Shown here: positions 1-14,220 of the stretch, one piece after another
How positions within the stretch are numbered: the first letter of the stretch is position 1
Layout of the letters: every line of letters starts with the position of its first letter
Source: Podarcis tiliguerta
Taxonomy: Eukaryota
Length of the DNA: 64,000 nucleotides
NCBI GenBank assembly: GCA_965153285.1
Contig: OZ229115.1
Direction: 5' to 3' (one strand)
Program-made: the position numbers and the translations under genes
Notes under the pieces: model-generated
What the model saw: only the letters and a program-made list of their open reading frames with translations
Database searches by the model: none
What the model was told of the DNA's origin: nothing

Positions 1-2031
1 AGGCAGAAGTATCAATGTCTATGGAGACCAGATGCCAGGGATTAAATCAAGCCATGATACCATAGGTTTAAAAACCTTTGAACCTAAACCCTCTCTAAAG
101 TCCAGTCTTGGTTCAAAATTAACTTGCCCTTTGCCAATTCTCCCCACGGCTGCTCCCCTTTCCCCATACTTATTCTTGTAAACAGGAGGCTTTGTCTGTA
201 AAGTCTGGGTGCTCACATAGAACTGCAGAAAGTAGTTGCAACTAATTTCTAGCCGAGGTAGGTGAGCTAGGAGTGAAATTTCCCATGCTCCCTATTCACA
301 CTGTGAGTGTGATAAGGCCATTGCTCCCAACCCTGCCAATCAGTGAGACCTCCTCCTTCACAAACAAAAGTTTTGGGAAAGGGAAAGGACAAGTGAGTAT
401 GGCCATTAAGGAGGCTCTTCCTGGCTCAATACAGTATGCACAGTTAACAAACTGGAAGATCATACTTGAGGAAGCGTCTAGATTTCTCTGATAAGTGTTG
501 GAAATACCAAGGCAAAGCAAACCCTCCCCCACCCCCAATCACTAATTTTAACCAGTTCTTGCCATATTAATAACAGGTCTAGAGCCACCCAGTTCTCCAG
601 TGCTGTTATTCTGTCCTATTCAAATGACAACACAGTAGGGTAACCGCATGCAAGGCACCACAGTCTTGCATTTTAGAAGAGTTGACATGAATTTGTCCTT
701 TCCTCCAGAACAATCTTAAAAAAAGAAAAACCATTAAAAAAAATTAAAAGCAGATTTTTAAAATTTAGACCAAGCTTTGTTTACTTGCATCTTTTTAAAA
801 AAGTGGTGATGTTAAGTATCTCTCTAAAATAACCTGGTTTAAAGTGGATAAAACATTAAAACCCGCACTCCTGATTTATTAAATCAGATAAAATGACACC
901 CTATGAAAACATCTTGGTCTAATTCACATGTAACGGTAAACCATAGAGATAGTTCCTGCACTGCTATTCCCTGAGTAGGAACAACAAATTTGAGTAGGAG
1001 CAACAAGTCCAAACCAGGAATTAGGGTTGTTTTGCAGGCTTCAGATATGAAGCTGTGTTTGATAAACCAAGAAGAAAAACCTTGGCCAACATAACTATTG
1101 AGTTTCAAAGCTTGTTTCCTTTGTAAAAGAACAAACCGGCAAGCAACAACAACAAAAACGTAGCTGAGGTTAAGTATTATAAATATGACATAACAAGCCA
1201 TGTACTATGCTTATTCAACATATGACTCTTTAGACGTTCTCAAATATTTATTTTGCATGCCATGGAGAATCAATGTTGTTAGTGACACTTGCTTCTGGAA
1301 TGTTCTGGGCACTTAGACTTCAAGTAAGTAATCTTGCTTAGTGGCCTTATGTAGAAAAAAATCAAACAAATCTCTAATTCATAATTGCTTGCTTAAACAC
1401 ATACAGTATAAATTCAGTAATGTACAAAATGCATGTGAGCTGCATGGTTAGAGGTTTTGTGTCACACTCCTGGATAGTATAAAGGCACTATTTAGTTGAA
1501 AACAAGAAAGTTGTATTTATTATAGCAACTAACTAACATGCATGCTTGTTTAGAAAATATAGGAATTAGAAAGCTGGAAAAATCATTTAAGTAATTTACT
1601 CTAGTCACCCCTTTTAAAATCAGTGATTTAAAATTACCCTGCATCCCTTTTGTTAGGAAGTCAGATACACTTCTGTTTGAGTGCCAGAAGGACATTGAGC
1701 ATTTTAGATTATGCTTGTGACTCTCATTTTTGCTACCATTAGAATGTGGGATTGTGCATATGTTGTGGTATTTACTGAAGGCTTCTGTTCAACTAATTAT
1801 TGTCACATGAGGTCAAAATAGGCAGCGTAGTATTTTTCTTGGTGGTTTGACTCAATTTAGGCAGCCATGTTTATATTGTGTTCAGTCTCTAAAAAAGCAG
1901 CCATATAAACACATTGATTCTCTCAGCCTGTGACAATTCTGTATTCCTCCCTTTACCTGTGTGAGATGCCTGTCTAGCTAAAACAATTGCTAACTGAGGT
2001 TAACTCAAATCTGATTAAATGGACTCTAGTC

Positions 2032-2403
2032 CAGGGGCCAGCAAACTTACCACGCCTTGGGCAAGTGTCTCCAGTGCCGATAGTGCAGAGGGCGGGGGAG
2101 CATGTGCCCATACATGTGTGCACACGCTATTTCCGGTGCACTTCCGGGTTGGAGCACCAGAAATAGCTTGTGCGCACGTGCACGGGCCTCCTCCGACCCG
2201 GATGTGCACCAGAAATAATGCTTGCACATGTGCAAATAACTCTGAAACATGTGCACAAGCTATTTCTGGTGCTCCTCCAACCCAGAAGTGGGCAGCCGCG
2301 CAGCGCAGTGCCGGTAAGAGCGGGCGGCGGGAGTTGTCACGGGCCAGATAAACGAGTCCCTCGGGCCTTATCCGGCCCGCAGGCCTTAGTTTGGGGACCC
2401 CTG
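2032..2403. mobile_element. Non-autonomous hAT (Charlie-like) MITE
   Basis: Imperfect TIRs CAGGGGCCAGCAAACT and AGTTTGGGGACCCCTG; perfect 8-bp TSD CTCTAGTC at 2024-2031 and 2404-2411; CpG-rich internal inverted subrepeats. Confidence 0.88.
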
Positions 2404-4409
2404 CTCTAGTCCATGAAATTATGCTAGTCTGTACAGTGCCGCAGCTTGCACTAAGTTACTATAGTTTCTAACGTGCTTTGGGCAGGAATGCATATCATGT
2501 TGGAAACCGGATTACTGTGCCCAGGGTCTCTCATTTCCCCAATACTACGATGAAACCCATGCCCCTGGTGTGACACCACTGTATCATTCATTTTCCTGAC
2601 CCTGCTTTACATCATTTGCTGTCGCTGATTGGAAAGGGGGGGGAATTCATAACACTGATATGGAGTAAACATTAAAGCGGGCAGAGAGGCCGAGCATGAC
2701 AGTTCCCCATGCAGTCCCCAGGGGTGGATCTGCTATGAAACTAATGAATTTTGCTTTAAAAAGTGCATTGTGCCTGTATATAACATTTCCCTAATTTTCA
2801 CGCCTCCTCCCAATAACTTGAAAACTATAAGGCATAGGGATTTTTTTATTCATACCAGTGACTTTGAAATGGGAGATAATCTAGTACAAGTTTAATCAAA
2901 TAATGAGATATAGTGGTATTAAAAACAAAACAAAACTGTGATGATCTGTTGTGGAACAACCCCACTGAAGAAGATAACAGTGGTTACTCAGACCTCGTTG
3001 CTGGTTGCAAAGAGGCTGCTATATCAGGGGCAGAAAAATGTAGGTCTGCCACTGAGTATCCTCAGGTTGCCCTTAACACATTTTCACTCTGTCATTGGAG
3101 ACCTTGTGTGTCCAGCACCCTAAGTCCTTAGATATGGCTGAGCTCCTGACTGCTGCTTTCTTGATGCACCCTCTTCCATACATGTATGAGCTCAAAGGAG
3201 TGCACACATTGGTATCTGAGGGCCAAATCAAACATGATGATGTCAGTTCCATGTGTTTGATAACATAAAACTGCTTCAGCTGCATAGAAATTGGGGTGCT
3301 GGTCTGAATTTAACAGCAAATGGAGTATGCAGGTGAGGGGCACTGAACTTTACACTACATCTGCAATTTATTCCCCACAGCCCCAAATATTTTTCACTCA
3401 GTCAGGGTCACTTCCCTTGTTGGAGCTGAGGAGGTGCGCTTGCAGAGAAAAAGAAGGAATGAATTGTTTTTATTGGTTTTTATTAATTAAATTTATTAGA
3501 TGCCTTCTCTTACTGCAGACAACTCAAGGTGTTAATGAGGGTAAAGTTACACCTTCTTCACCTGCGCACCTGCCTTTGCTGTTCAAATCAGACAACTTGC
3601 ACCCAGACAACTTGCACCTCCTCCCATGATTGAAGCAGCTCTGCATTTGAACACAACTGTTAATGCAATATTTAATTATGCCTGGTTATCAGTCAGTAAA
3701 GGGCCAAAGTGCTAAATGAAATGTATCTGTGGGACATCTACAGTTGGACTACAATTTAGTATTGGGACTACATTGCTGATTCAGTATTGACCAGTTAGCT
3801 GCTCCAAAGAAGGCATATATCATTTGTTTGTTCTCTGTGTGTACATCTACTTTCACAAAAGCAAATGTATAAAGTAAAGAAATCTGTGTTCCAAAATCCA
3901 CAGCTGGCCAATACCTTTATTGGAACCAATAAAATGCCACAAAATAGTTAGCAAGTTTCTGAGTTCTCCAGAACTCTTAATCAGACAGAATACTAAGCAA
4001 AAAGGGGGTGGAAGGAGGGGAAAAATCATCTAGCTTGATGTTAAAGCCACAAAGTCTGCATTTGGTCACAGTCTTAAAATGGGAGTGTTGGAAGAGACAG
4101 CAAACTTTGACCACAATCATGTACACACTTATCAGGGGGTAAGTCACACTGAACTCAGTAGGGCTTGCTTCTGAACGGTCATATATAGAATTGCACTGAT
4201 TGTTGTATTAGGTCATACAGGACTCATCTACTGCTCTGTGCTGCATAAATGGACCAGGCCCAAGAACCAGACAGACACTTTTGTTTAATAAAGTCTATGA
4301 GTGTTTTGTAAGCAAGGGAACTAAAGGGTAACATGTTAATCAATAAAATTATCTCTAAAAGGGCCTGCAGTAACATCCCTTTCTGGTAGTGCAATCTTTT
4401 GTCTTTTAT

Positions 4410-4563
4410 ATCATAGAATCATAGAATTGTAGAGTTGGAAGGGACCCTGAGGATCATCTAGTCCAACCCCCTGCAATGCAGAAATATGCAGCTGTCCCAA
4501 TATGGGGATCGAACTTGCAACCTTGGCATTTTCAGCACCATGCTCTAACCAACTGAGCTACCC
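4410..4563 (-). mobile_element. tRNA-Ile-derived SINE with CR1-type 3' tail
   Basis: Reverse-complement head tagctcagttggttagagcatggtgctga...ttcgatcccc; tail gggggttggactagatgatcctcagggtcccttccaac plus ATTCTATG repeats. Confidence 0.8.
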
Positions 4564-4653
4564 TGGTTTTGTTTTCTGGAGTGCTCAGTGTTATTGGTGG
4601 CTTTCTCTCTCAAACTTTTGCTTGCCTTTGCTAATGTCCAATGGGTAGAAGTT

Positions 4654-4841
4654 GGGAGGAACCACAACTCAGTGATCACATCCTTTGAATGCAAAGGGTT
4701 CTGGGTTCAGTCCCTGCCACCTCCATTTAAAAAGATCAGGTAGCAGGTGATGGAAAAGACCTCTGCCATGATCCTGGAGACTAGACAGTTTTAGTCTAGA
4801 TGGAAATACTGTGATGTTGCAAGGCAGTTTCCTATGTTCCT
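4654..4841 (+). mobile_element. tRNA-derived squamate SINE (Squam3-like)
   Basis: gggttcagtccctg B-box; body ends ggcagtttcctatgttcct; similar to 21683-21899. Confidence 0.6.
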
Positions 4842-6904
4842 TTCTGTGTGATAATGTAACTATGTAATGGTAGAAGAATTCTCCTCTTCAGCTGACAATT
4901 ACTAAAGGTGTGGGAACCCTGTCCTCTATTACATTTGGTTACCGTAATGACAGGCTACTCTGGTTAACTGCTAGAATAGAGGCTGAGTAAGCTGGTTGCT
5001 AATGCTGAAGCAGACATTCCTAGAAAGAAACTTAATAAGCAGCATTTTCTTAAGACAGGGACTCTCCGACACAGAATTTTACATCTCTTCCTGTAGTGAG
5101 GACATGAGAAATCATGGAAAGGAATATGTTGTCATTTTCTTTTCAATGAATGGAGACTAGAACTCCTCTTGAGTAAAGGAATAAAGGGGTAAAAGGTTTG
5201 TGACTTTAAAGGCCCTGTTTATTCTGAGCAAGGAGCTGGGGGAGATGCTTGGGGAGCCCATTTGCAGCTCTCAGAATCACCACCTCTCTGCTGTGCATAT
5301 AGCTGGATTTGTCCCCAACTTTGGTTGTGCTTCCACAGTCTACCTGGGCGGGGGCACTGAGTGGGCGGCTGTAACATTTAGCAAAACGTGGCTGGGCGAC
5401 AAAAGGCTGAGTCAACACTTCCCCCACAGTTGGTCCTCATTAAGGAGCAGCCTGTTAAGCCAGGCAGCGCTGTGGGTTCTGCCCTTTTGTTTTGAAATGA
5501 AAAAGGCAAATACACTGAAGGGAAATAATCTGGAGCCTAGAAACAAGAGCTTGTAAATGAGCTTTTTGTCCCCGTCCTTCCTATAAGCCCACCCACCCCT
5601 TGATAATTTATGCTCTTTAAGGAAACGTTAGTCTTATCCCTTTCTCCATATACAGGCTGCCCGTGTGGTTTTGGCTTCAGTGTGTGCCAGACAGCAAAGG
5701 GGTCGCAGCTGGGAATGCTGCCTTCCCGTTGCTCAGGGTCATATTCACCATAAGAGAGTGCGCTGGTGGCTGCATGCAATAGTGTGAGGGAGCCGGTTCA
5801 CTGTTGTGGGGAATTCCCCTGAGTTCATGAGACCTCCCCACTCTCTCCAGTCTGCAGAAGCAACAGATGGCCCCTTTATCCCTGTTGCAGAGCTACCCTC
5901 CCATGCTAACCTGCTGCTGTAAGTCTAGTGGCTAAGGGGTTGAGCCTAAGCCACAAGCTCATCTGGTAGCCTTAGGTAAGCTCACTATTCAGTCTTGGCC
6001 TACCCATTCGCAATGGCTGCCATACAAGGCTAATACTGGCTCACTTTATGTGGCTGCTGTACTTTTACTGAGTTAATGTAAGGAATACTCTTTGAACCCT
6101 TGGCATCTACCTTTATAGCATTGATCATAATACCCCACCTCACCAAATAGAGGATTTCAGTTTCTGAGATTGATGGTTGCTGCCGTTACTCTACGAGGCT
6201 CAAGAAGGGAAGGGTGCTGCTGGATTCTGCCTCGCCAAAATGCTTTTGCTTGGAACAAGCTGAGGAAAGGCTAGGTTGCATTTGTGGGGTGGGTGGGACT
6301 TGGGTAGGTGGACAGGGAAAGCATTCCAGGAGTATGGAAAGATTGGGGACCAGCAAAAGGCAAGACACCTTGTCATTTATGAAACACCTGCATGGGCTGG
6401 TGGCTTCTTCCTGAACACAATTCAGAGTTTATATGCCGTGGTGTCCAGATACCTGAAGTACTACAGACCTGCCAATATACTGACATCAGTGCTGGAAACT
6501 CCCATTGTTCTAGGCACATTTTGTGACAGGGAATTTCATCAGCGCGAGCAATTTCTGAGCTCTGGGTGCAGTACTGCACCTAAGATTTCAGATTAAAACT
6601 GCAGAGTGGAAGGAAAGGACCTTTTTCTGCCTGTCCACTTCCAGCTACTCTCTGAAGACTGGAGAAGAGACCCTCTAAAGAATATTAAGAAGGTGGGCAG
6701 GAGAAGGAGTAGGCCATGTAAAAAAATGAGCAAAGTATTTTAGCTGCAGTTCATTCATTTTCTGCTTTGTATGCATCTAGACATTCCGTTGTTGCTCCCA
6801 TAACCTAGGTTTAAGGTGCCGTTTAGCTCCTGGCTTTCATCCCTCCATTTCTAACATTGACTGACATCACCTTTGAATAGGTTTGAGTGGCACTGACTTA
6901 TGAG

Positions 6905-7245
6905 GTGATGTGCATGGCATCTGCAGACGGGGCCTTCTATGTTGTGGCACTCCAACTTTGGGGCTTCTTTCCCCAGGAAGACTTGCCTGATGCTTACTTG
7001 TCTTGTCCTTCACCTCGTGCTGAATTTTAATTTCTCCAGGCATTAAATATATATATAATTTGAGTAGATTTAGTCTGTTGTTGCCTTGCTTTTATTGACT
7101 CTGCTTGTCTGATACATTTCATTTGTTGTTTTGGTAAGTTTTGTTTATTGCTTTTAACTAGTTGTTATTAATTGTTAGCTGGCCTTGGAGTAATAGAAAT
7201 GCTGAACAGTAAGCTATAGGGTTTTTGCTTTTGCAAATTAAATCA
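6905..7245 (+). mobile_element. Degraded L2-like LINE 3' end
   Basis: ggggccttctatgttgtggcactccaactttgg followed by a T-rich 3' region. Confidence 0.5.
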
Positions 7246-10200
7246 AAACCAGATTTGATCTGTTTTGAACAGATAAGTTTGTATGATAATGTGTCCCGCC
7301 ATGAGAATAGCATAACAGAATCAGCATAGGGAGACATTCAGGACCGCATATAAGGTCTTGCCTTTTCTAATTCTTGAGCCATCTGGATTCACTCAAAGCA
7401 AGAAAAAAATTATCCTTCTCGTCATATTAAATAAAATGTGATGCCTCTGACTATCCCTTTCCCACCCACTTGGCCTGATGGCTAAGAACATGGGAGTTAT
7501 GCAAAAGTCCAATAGATGGTCATATTGATAAAATGTATCCAACCACCCAGAAATCAATGCCTTGCGAGTTTGTGTGCATGCGCCTCTTCCCAACCACAGC
7601 AGTTTTCTATTTAGAAATGTCTGTTTCGTCCTTTTCTGTTAATTAAATCAAAGTCTAAACTTTTTTTCATTTTCTTAAAGCGAAAACTATCGTATCTAAT
7701 CCAATAGGTTTATGCCGAACATTGATAAAACATTCCAGCAGTTGGGAAAGCTTGGTGAAGGACCCTAACAGTTTGTTCTGTCTGCACCAACCTCTTTCTG
7801 CTGTAAGGAGCCTGATCTCTCTGAGCTCCTGCCAAATTAATTCTCATTTTTTTCCTGAGAACTGCAGCCTCCCCTTTCTTGCTCTCACCCACAAACACTT
7901 CTTTCCATAGGGTTCCCCTTCCCCTTGCCGCCATGGGATTTGCTGGCTAGATTAGCTTGGCTTACTCAGAATGGCTTCAAACCACAGACATGTAATGAGG
8001 CAGACGGCTGACTCCCCCTCACTCGAGTGATTGTGAGGTCAAGGGAAGGATGCAAGCAGGGAAATGGAGAGAGTGGGTGGGGGGGAGGGAAAGAGGGGGT
8101 GGAGTTTATGCTCTACCCTGAGCTGCCAAAATAACTTTGTGCTCGTGGCCCCTCTGTCTTTGGGACCTTTTTTTGGGAGGACTTCTCTCTTGCGCTCTGC
8201 CAAACCTCTTGTTGCTCCTTGTTTCAGTGTCTCATAAGCAACCCTCCCGAATTTGATGTGGTGCTTAAAACAAAATTCCCTCAATGTTGCAGTGTTCAGG
8301 AGCATCAAAGAGATGATTTAGATGGAGTTTTAAGCGCAAACCACAGCTATTCGTGGCCTAGGGCCAGACGTAACTACTGCAAGCCCTAATGAATTTCAGC
8401 CCCTTAAAGAGATGAGATGTCACCCCACTCTGAATGCTTTCAGCTGCTGTGGATGATGTATGGCTTTCCTTTCCTTTAGCAAGTGGCCAGTGGAAGCACT
8501 GAAGCTGAGCTGAAAGTTTCTATTAGGGGTGGGGGTACCACTGGCCCTGCATGTTGACAGGGGGTCTGATTTGGTCCACCAGGTTGCTTCCCCCCCAAGC
8601 CACACCTAACAGCTGATGCTACAGTAACATCAGCTGAGCGGTGGGAGGACTAGATTTAATACTGTATTGGCCGCGCCATTCTGTTCCCGGTAGAGAACAG
8701 GATCTCGAAGTCTAGGCAGCAGGATATAATCTCCATTCATCAGATGATGAGAGGAGATTCAAGATTGAAGGGAGATTGGGGGCTTAAAAGGGAAGAGGAA
8801 GGAGACATGCAAAGGGGGACACTTGTAAAGGGTTTTGTGAGCCGCCTCCTCCCACTTGCCTGATCAGCTAAGAGTGAATGGGATTTTGACAGGTGGACAG
8901 TTCTGCCCAGTTTAGCCTGTGAGGCAGATCCTGATAAGGGCCTGGCCTGTGGAGTAAACAGGTTCCCCACCCCTGATTTACATAATAGCAAAATTACCTC
9001 ATTCTGTAAGAGGAACCCAGCAGGAAAACGCTTCCAATATGGTGCATATAGTTATGCACATGGCTCCTTAGAGCAATTATAAGACTCAGAAGTTTATATG
9101 CATCCTCTGTAGCAGGAGCTGGTTGAAGATTGGAACCCATCCTAACATTAAAAAGAAAAGCATTTCTGAATAGAACTGTTCCTGCAATCACAATTGTTTC
9201 TTTCAGTTGTGCATGAGTTTTTGATCTAGCTTAGGCTGAATGCCCAAAGACTGCTAGTGGTGTTCTTTTGCATCCAACAATAAATACACACCCTTTCCCC
9301 CATCATGAACAGTCCTTTATTTTCGTGTCATTAACAACCTATAATTGTCTGCAGTGTGCTCTGGCATGCTTTCCTTCTTTGCTCTTGGATGCTGACTAGA
9401 TCATCCTTTCTGATCATCCTTTCTCTTCTCTCAGACATTCTCTAGCCAGTTACTACCATCTGCTTGCTACTGAGGTAGTCAGCAGCAGAGTGAATAATGT
9501 TCCAATGTGGTCATCCAGGTGTCATAGAGAAAATGATCTTTACACCTAGAAATTAGTGGCTTTGCTTTGCTATTCGAAACAATGACCTTGCTCAGTTCAA
9601 CCCTTTCTCCCTCAGGAGGAAATATGGTAACTCTCTGGCTTGTATCGAAAGCCAGCTGACCACAAATGCTCCTCGCAAGGCAAGTATAATAATTATAGTG
9701 AAATGCCAAATTAGATAGCAAAAAGTATTCTTGTTATGAAAGTAAAAGACCAGATGAGCTGTTGGAAATTCTAGCCTTTTGGAAAAGCTGGTAAGGGCTG
9801 CAATCTTTTTCCATTCAAGTCAGAGATGGCATGGCTGTTGAATCCAATAGGGAGTACTGCATCCTGGCACAAAAAGAGTTTCCTAGAGAAGCTTGTCCAC
9901 CTTTGTTTGCTCATGTCTATTCTTTTCTCAGTGTTTATATTGTGTGGGCTTATCAGTGTGAGAAAATGATGACAGAAGGTTCACTTTGCACTGTTGAGAT
10001 GGCCTGTTAACCTTTGGCCTCTTTGTAAATAGAAAACAAACCATCATACTTCTCAGTTCCTAGACCTGGAAATTGATGCCGCTTCCTATTGAATCAGAAC
10101 CTGAACCTAGAATCAGAGGCGTAACGAGGGGCAAGAGAACTTTCACTTAGCATGCTGTCTTAGTGATACTCTGTGTCAAAGCAATCAACTAGCCTGTAAC

Positions 10201-11870
10201 ATGTTTGTATTAAAGCAGTGTTTGTGCTTTAAGTGATTTTATGATGCCCTCCACCCCATACCCCTACATCAAGAACCAGTCTGGTGGCTGTAAATAGCAT
10301 TCTAAACCACCAGAAAGTGCAATGTTGTTCGAATGCCCAATTCAAACTACTTTATTCTTACTGCTTTGTTTTATGATGTATTTTGTGTTTTCATTTTGTA
10401 TTTTTGTGTTGTGAAAAGCTCTGTGTTCTTTGGATGAAAGACAGTATAATTAATTAATTAACTAACTAACTAACTAACTAATAAATGAATTGATGGATGG
10501 ATGAAAGGGAGGGAGGGAGTTGCATCACAAAGAGACTGCTGAAGTCCTGTTGCTTCCTTCTTACCTGCTTCTCAGTTTTAAGGTTTTCAGCTTAAGGAAA
10601 GAGCAGAGCAGAGACAAGTAGTAGAATGAATGGTGGTTGAGAACATGGCATGTCATAAAAAGTACCCCTAGAGACTTGCAAAGGGCACAGGAGAACCTTA
10701 CCCCTAGAGACTTGCCTTACTGGCCTTAATAGGTATGGACACCATGTTAAAATCGTTTGCAGTAGGAGCTTAAAAGTGCAGTATATTGACTTACGTGCTG
10801 GTGTACTAATGAGTTCCACTAGTGCAAGTGTGGCTTATAAAAGTGAGTTGTGATATTCCAGAGACCTGACTAATCCCCACCTCTATACAGTTCACTGGGA
10901 ATGCAACACCTGGCAGGTTTGGGCCCAGGGTTTCTTAAGTCTCTTCCTGTTTTAAGTGGTGGCTAGCTGGGCTTTTGAACAAGAGGACACTGCACTCCTT
11001 GTTCTATCCCTTTTCCTCACTTCTTCATCTTTTGCTTCCCCCACCCTCATCCCTCATCCTGTCTTTCTTTGCTCCAAACAAGCTGAGTTTGCAAACAAGG
11101 ACCCTCAGAAGCCGGAAGACTTGTTAGTCTTGGTGTTTTTCCCAGTGGGAAGAGGGCCGCCCCCTCCATATGTTCTTGCAGTTGTTGGTGCAGATACAAA
11201 CAGTGCAGTGTTCAACGGACTGTCCAAGCTGGCTGCCTGACAGTCCTGCTTTTCATTTGGCCAGGGCGGGGGGGGGGGGGGGAGATGCATTAGAAGACAG
11301 ATCATCAAAGAAGAAGACTTGTCTCCCTCTAGGAACCAGGACATACTGCATTGCAGCCAAAGTGAAGGCAGTATGACCTTAATGTATTCTTGGACACTTA
11401 TTGTTATTTTAAAGGGACAAATTATGTTCAGCTTGATCTAAGTTAGAACTAACTTGGGTTTCTGATGCACCAAAAGTGTAATTTTTCAGTTACACACCCC
11501 TAGTATTCACGCTAATAGAGCATCAATACTTTCCCATTCCAAGGCTAAGTTGAAATTTAGACTTTATGGCTAGCAGATGCTTTTGCTGCTGCTCTGTTCT
11601 GGATGAACAGCTTAGGCTAGCAATTTTCTCCCTGCCACTTTGCATTCATACTACATGTAAGCACATCTGAGACTCAGTTTGCCATCTGTATGTCTGGTTT
11701 TCCTCCTTACAAGCCCTGTAATCTAGCTGGGCTGTTCCTTTGCTTGGACAAACGTGTCATTAAGAAACTGACCTCAGAGCAAAGCTGCCTATTTTATATA
11801 ATAATCTTAAGGAAGTGCCAGGTAGTGACCATGCAGCCATGGATATATTGTGAGTGGGGAAGCTCTAGCT

Positions 11871-12006
11871 CAGTGATTGCCAAACTTGGCCCTCCAGCTG
11901 TTTTGGGACTACAATTCCCATCATCCCTGACCACTAGTCCTGTTTGCTAGGGATGCTGGGAGTTGTAGTTCCAATACAGCTGGAGGGCCAAGTTTGGCAA
12001 TCACCG
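11871..12006. mobile_element. Palindromic hAT MITE, 136 bp
   Basis: About 30-bp near-perfect TIR (CAGTGATTGCCAAACTTGGCCCTCCAGCTG); 8-bp TSD CTCTAGCT at 11863-11870 and 12007-12014. Confidence 0.9.
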
Positions 12007-13565
12007 CTCTAGCTACTAGTAATAGCATGGATCTCTAAGACAAGATTAGTCACCACTAAACATGAAAGCGTTCAGCAGTGATGTGTGTCACTGCAAGCAG
12101 GAGGGTAAAGACATTTCATTGGAGGCGATCCAAGGCCACTGAATAATTACTATTATCATTGTAATAATCTCCACTCAATTAAAGAGCATGTCCTAGGCAG
12201 AGAGATGCAATGGGAAAGAGAAGCTCTAGCATCCACTGTTTTCTTGCATAATTTCTTCCTGTGGGAGTCACAGATGGGGGGGAGGAGGCAGGATTTGACT
12301 ACATTTAATCCGCCCCTTTGGCCAGACAAGGTTGGCTCCTAGATGCTGTTTCCATGGTGCTGTCAGGTCTGCTTCAGTGTTAACATGGAACTGAGGCTTC
12401 CATCTCACATACTAAATGTGGAGCGTATGGTACTGCTTCACATTTTTTTGTATTGATCTCTACAGAATTCTGGTCTATCACTTCTAGTTATGGCACAATG
12501 TCTGTCTATTTTCTCTCTCTATTGTTTCAGGTATGCCCATAGTTGCACTCTGTCTAGTCTAAGGGTATATCCAAGTTTTTGTTTGCACCACTTTTCTAGG
12601 CACAGGATTGGGCTTTAAAGCTCCATGTCCAAGCAGTTTTCTTTTTTTGTCCTAATGCTTTCTCCAGGAAAGCTCACATCTTATGGCTGAATTGGAGCAA
12701 ACAAAAACCAGATATTCCGCAGATTGATGTTTGCTCTAACTCAGCTGAGAATGGATATGAAGAACTTCACACGTGAAATGGATTACTTATTTATAAGATG
12801 TAATGGAGGTGCTGTTTGTAAGGTGAAAAAAAGCGGCAGGCTGGAAGAATGGTTTAACAGCAAGTGAAGGATGTAGGATGTCAGCTGAACTCTAAGAAAT
12901 GATGTAGCAATGTGAGGAAATGATGGTGATGATATGTTTAGAACAGGAGCAGGAAACCTGATTTTAAGAAATTGTGTGGAATTAATTTAATTTGTTTTGA
13001 TTTCTAATAATTTGGAAAATTAATAAAAATAATTCAGAAAGGAAGAAAAAAATAACCCGCTCTTCGGCACGGACCTGTGCAGTGTAAAACGAAGCCTGGA
13101 TGAGCCTTTACTGTTCACATTCTGTATTAAAAGAAATATTGATTTACTGTTTCCCCTCTTCCCCAGTAGAGTTGTTGCTCCTTTTACAGTGCCATGCATA
13201 GAAAAGCTACACATGCCATGGAGATATAGAAAACTAGCTCCTATAATTAGCTGAAAGCACATCTAGTTTAGCATGTCTTCCCATAGTGATGCGACTATCC
13301 AGTGCCACTGGGAAGCTTTCAAATAGGGCATGATACCTGTACACTGTTGTTGGAACACAATATCTGGTGGCCGAAAGGTATGCTGCCATTGAACATGAGT
13401 AACTATGGCCAAGTAGACTATGTACCATGAATTTGTCTAACAGTGATGCTACCCTGCATCCTGGATTTGCCACTCTGGGCTCCTTTGGGAGGAAGGACAG
13501 GATATATGTAAATGCAACCAGTACATAATAATAAATAATAAATAAGCCTGCCTAGCCCCAAGTCT

Positions 13566-13625
13566 GGCGTGTTCTGGTCCATGGGGTCACGAAGAGTTGG
13601 ACACGACTAAACAACAACAACAACA
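13566..13625 (+). mobile_element. 5'-truncated Bov-B (RTE) LINE 3' stub
   Basis: ggcgtgttctggtccatggggtcacgaagagttggacacgact plus a (CAA)n tail; 12-bp TSD AGCCCCAAGTCT at 13554-13565 and 13626-13637. Confidence 0.85.
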
Positions 13626-14220
13626 AGCCCCAAGTCTACCTAACCACTTTGTGCCAGCAGGACAACTAAGTCAACAGCAAATGGAAGACGTGATATTTCA
13701 GCCAGCAAAGCTCCTTTCTGACATTTGTTGCAGATGTGAACTTACTAGTTATATTTCATAAACCTGTATCATGTTGCATAGTCTTCTTCCACCTCCCAAA
13801 TAAAAAGCTTTTCTTCATAAGCAAGATTTTCCATTACCCTGATAGCCTTTTCTGTTTGATAATCTTTTGAGATAGGGTGGCCAAAACTGCACACAATATT
13901 CTAAAAACAGATGCACCATAGATATAAAAAGGGAATTTTCGAATTTTCCTGACCATGAACTCTCGGTGGGGGTGAACAAAATCTCATATCTGTCTAACTA
14001 ATAGAGAACATATCCTATGGAATCTCTGTTCCTTCTTCCTTACACATCATTTCCATCTCCGTTTTAACATCTGGACACCAAATTCATAACTCTTCTGTGC
14101 CACCCTATCAGCTTTCTGTAGAATTTCCATTTGCTTTACGGAACTTCGGTGAGCAGCCATTGGCTCCTCTGCATGCCATTCACTGGCTCCTCTGTGCATT
14201 GTAACTCTGTGCAGACATTA

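Noticed and set aside
2019-2409. Overlapping Cys/His-rich ORFs
   Set aside because: They fall inside the repetitive MITE and come from TGCACA-type repeats.
4500-4563. Functional tRNA genes (also at 18970-19033 and 28886-28940)
   Set aside because: Mutated stems fused to CR1-type tails show these are SINE heads.
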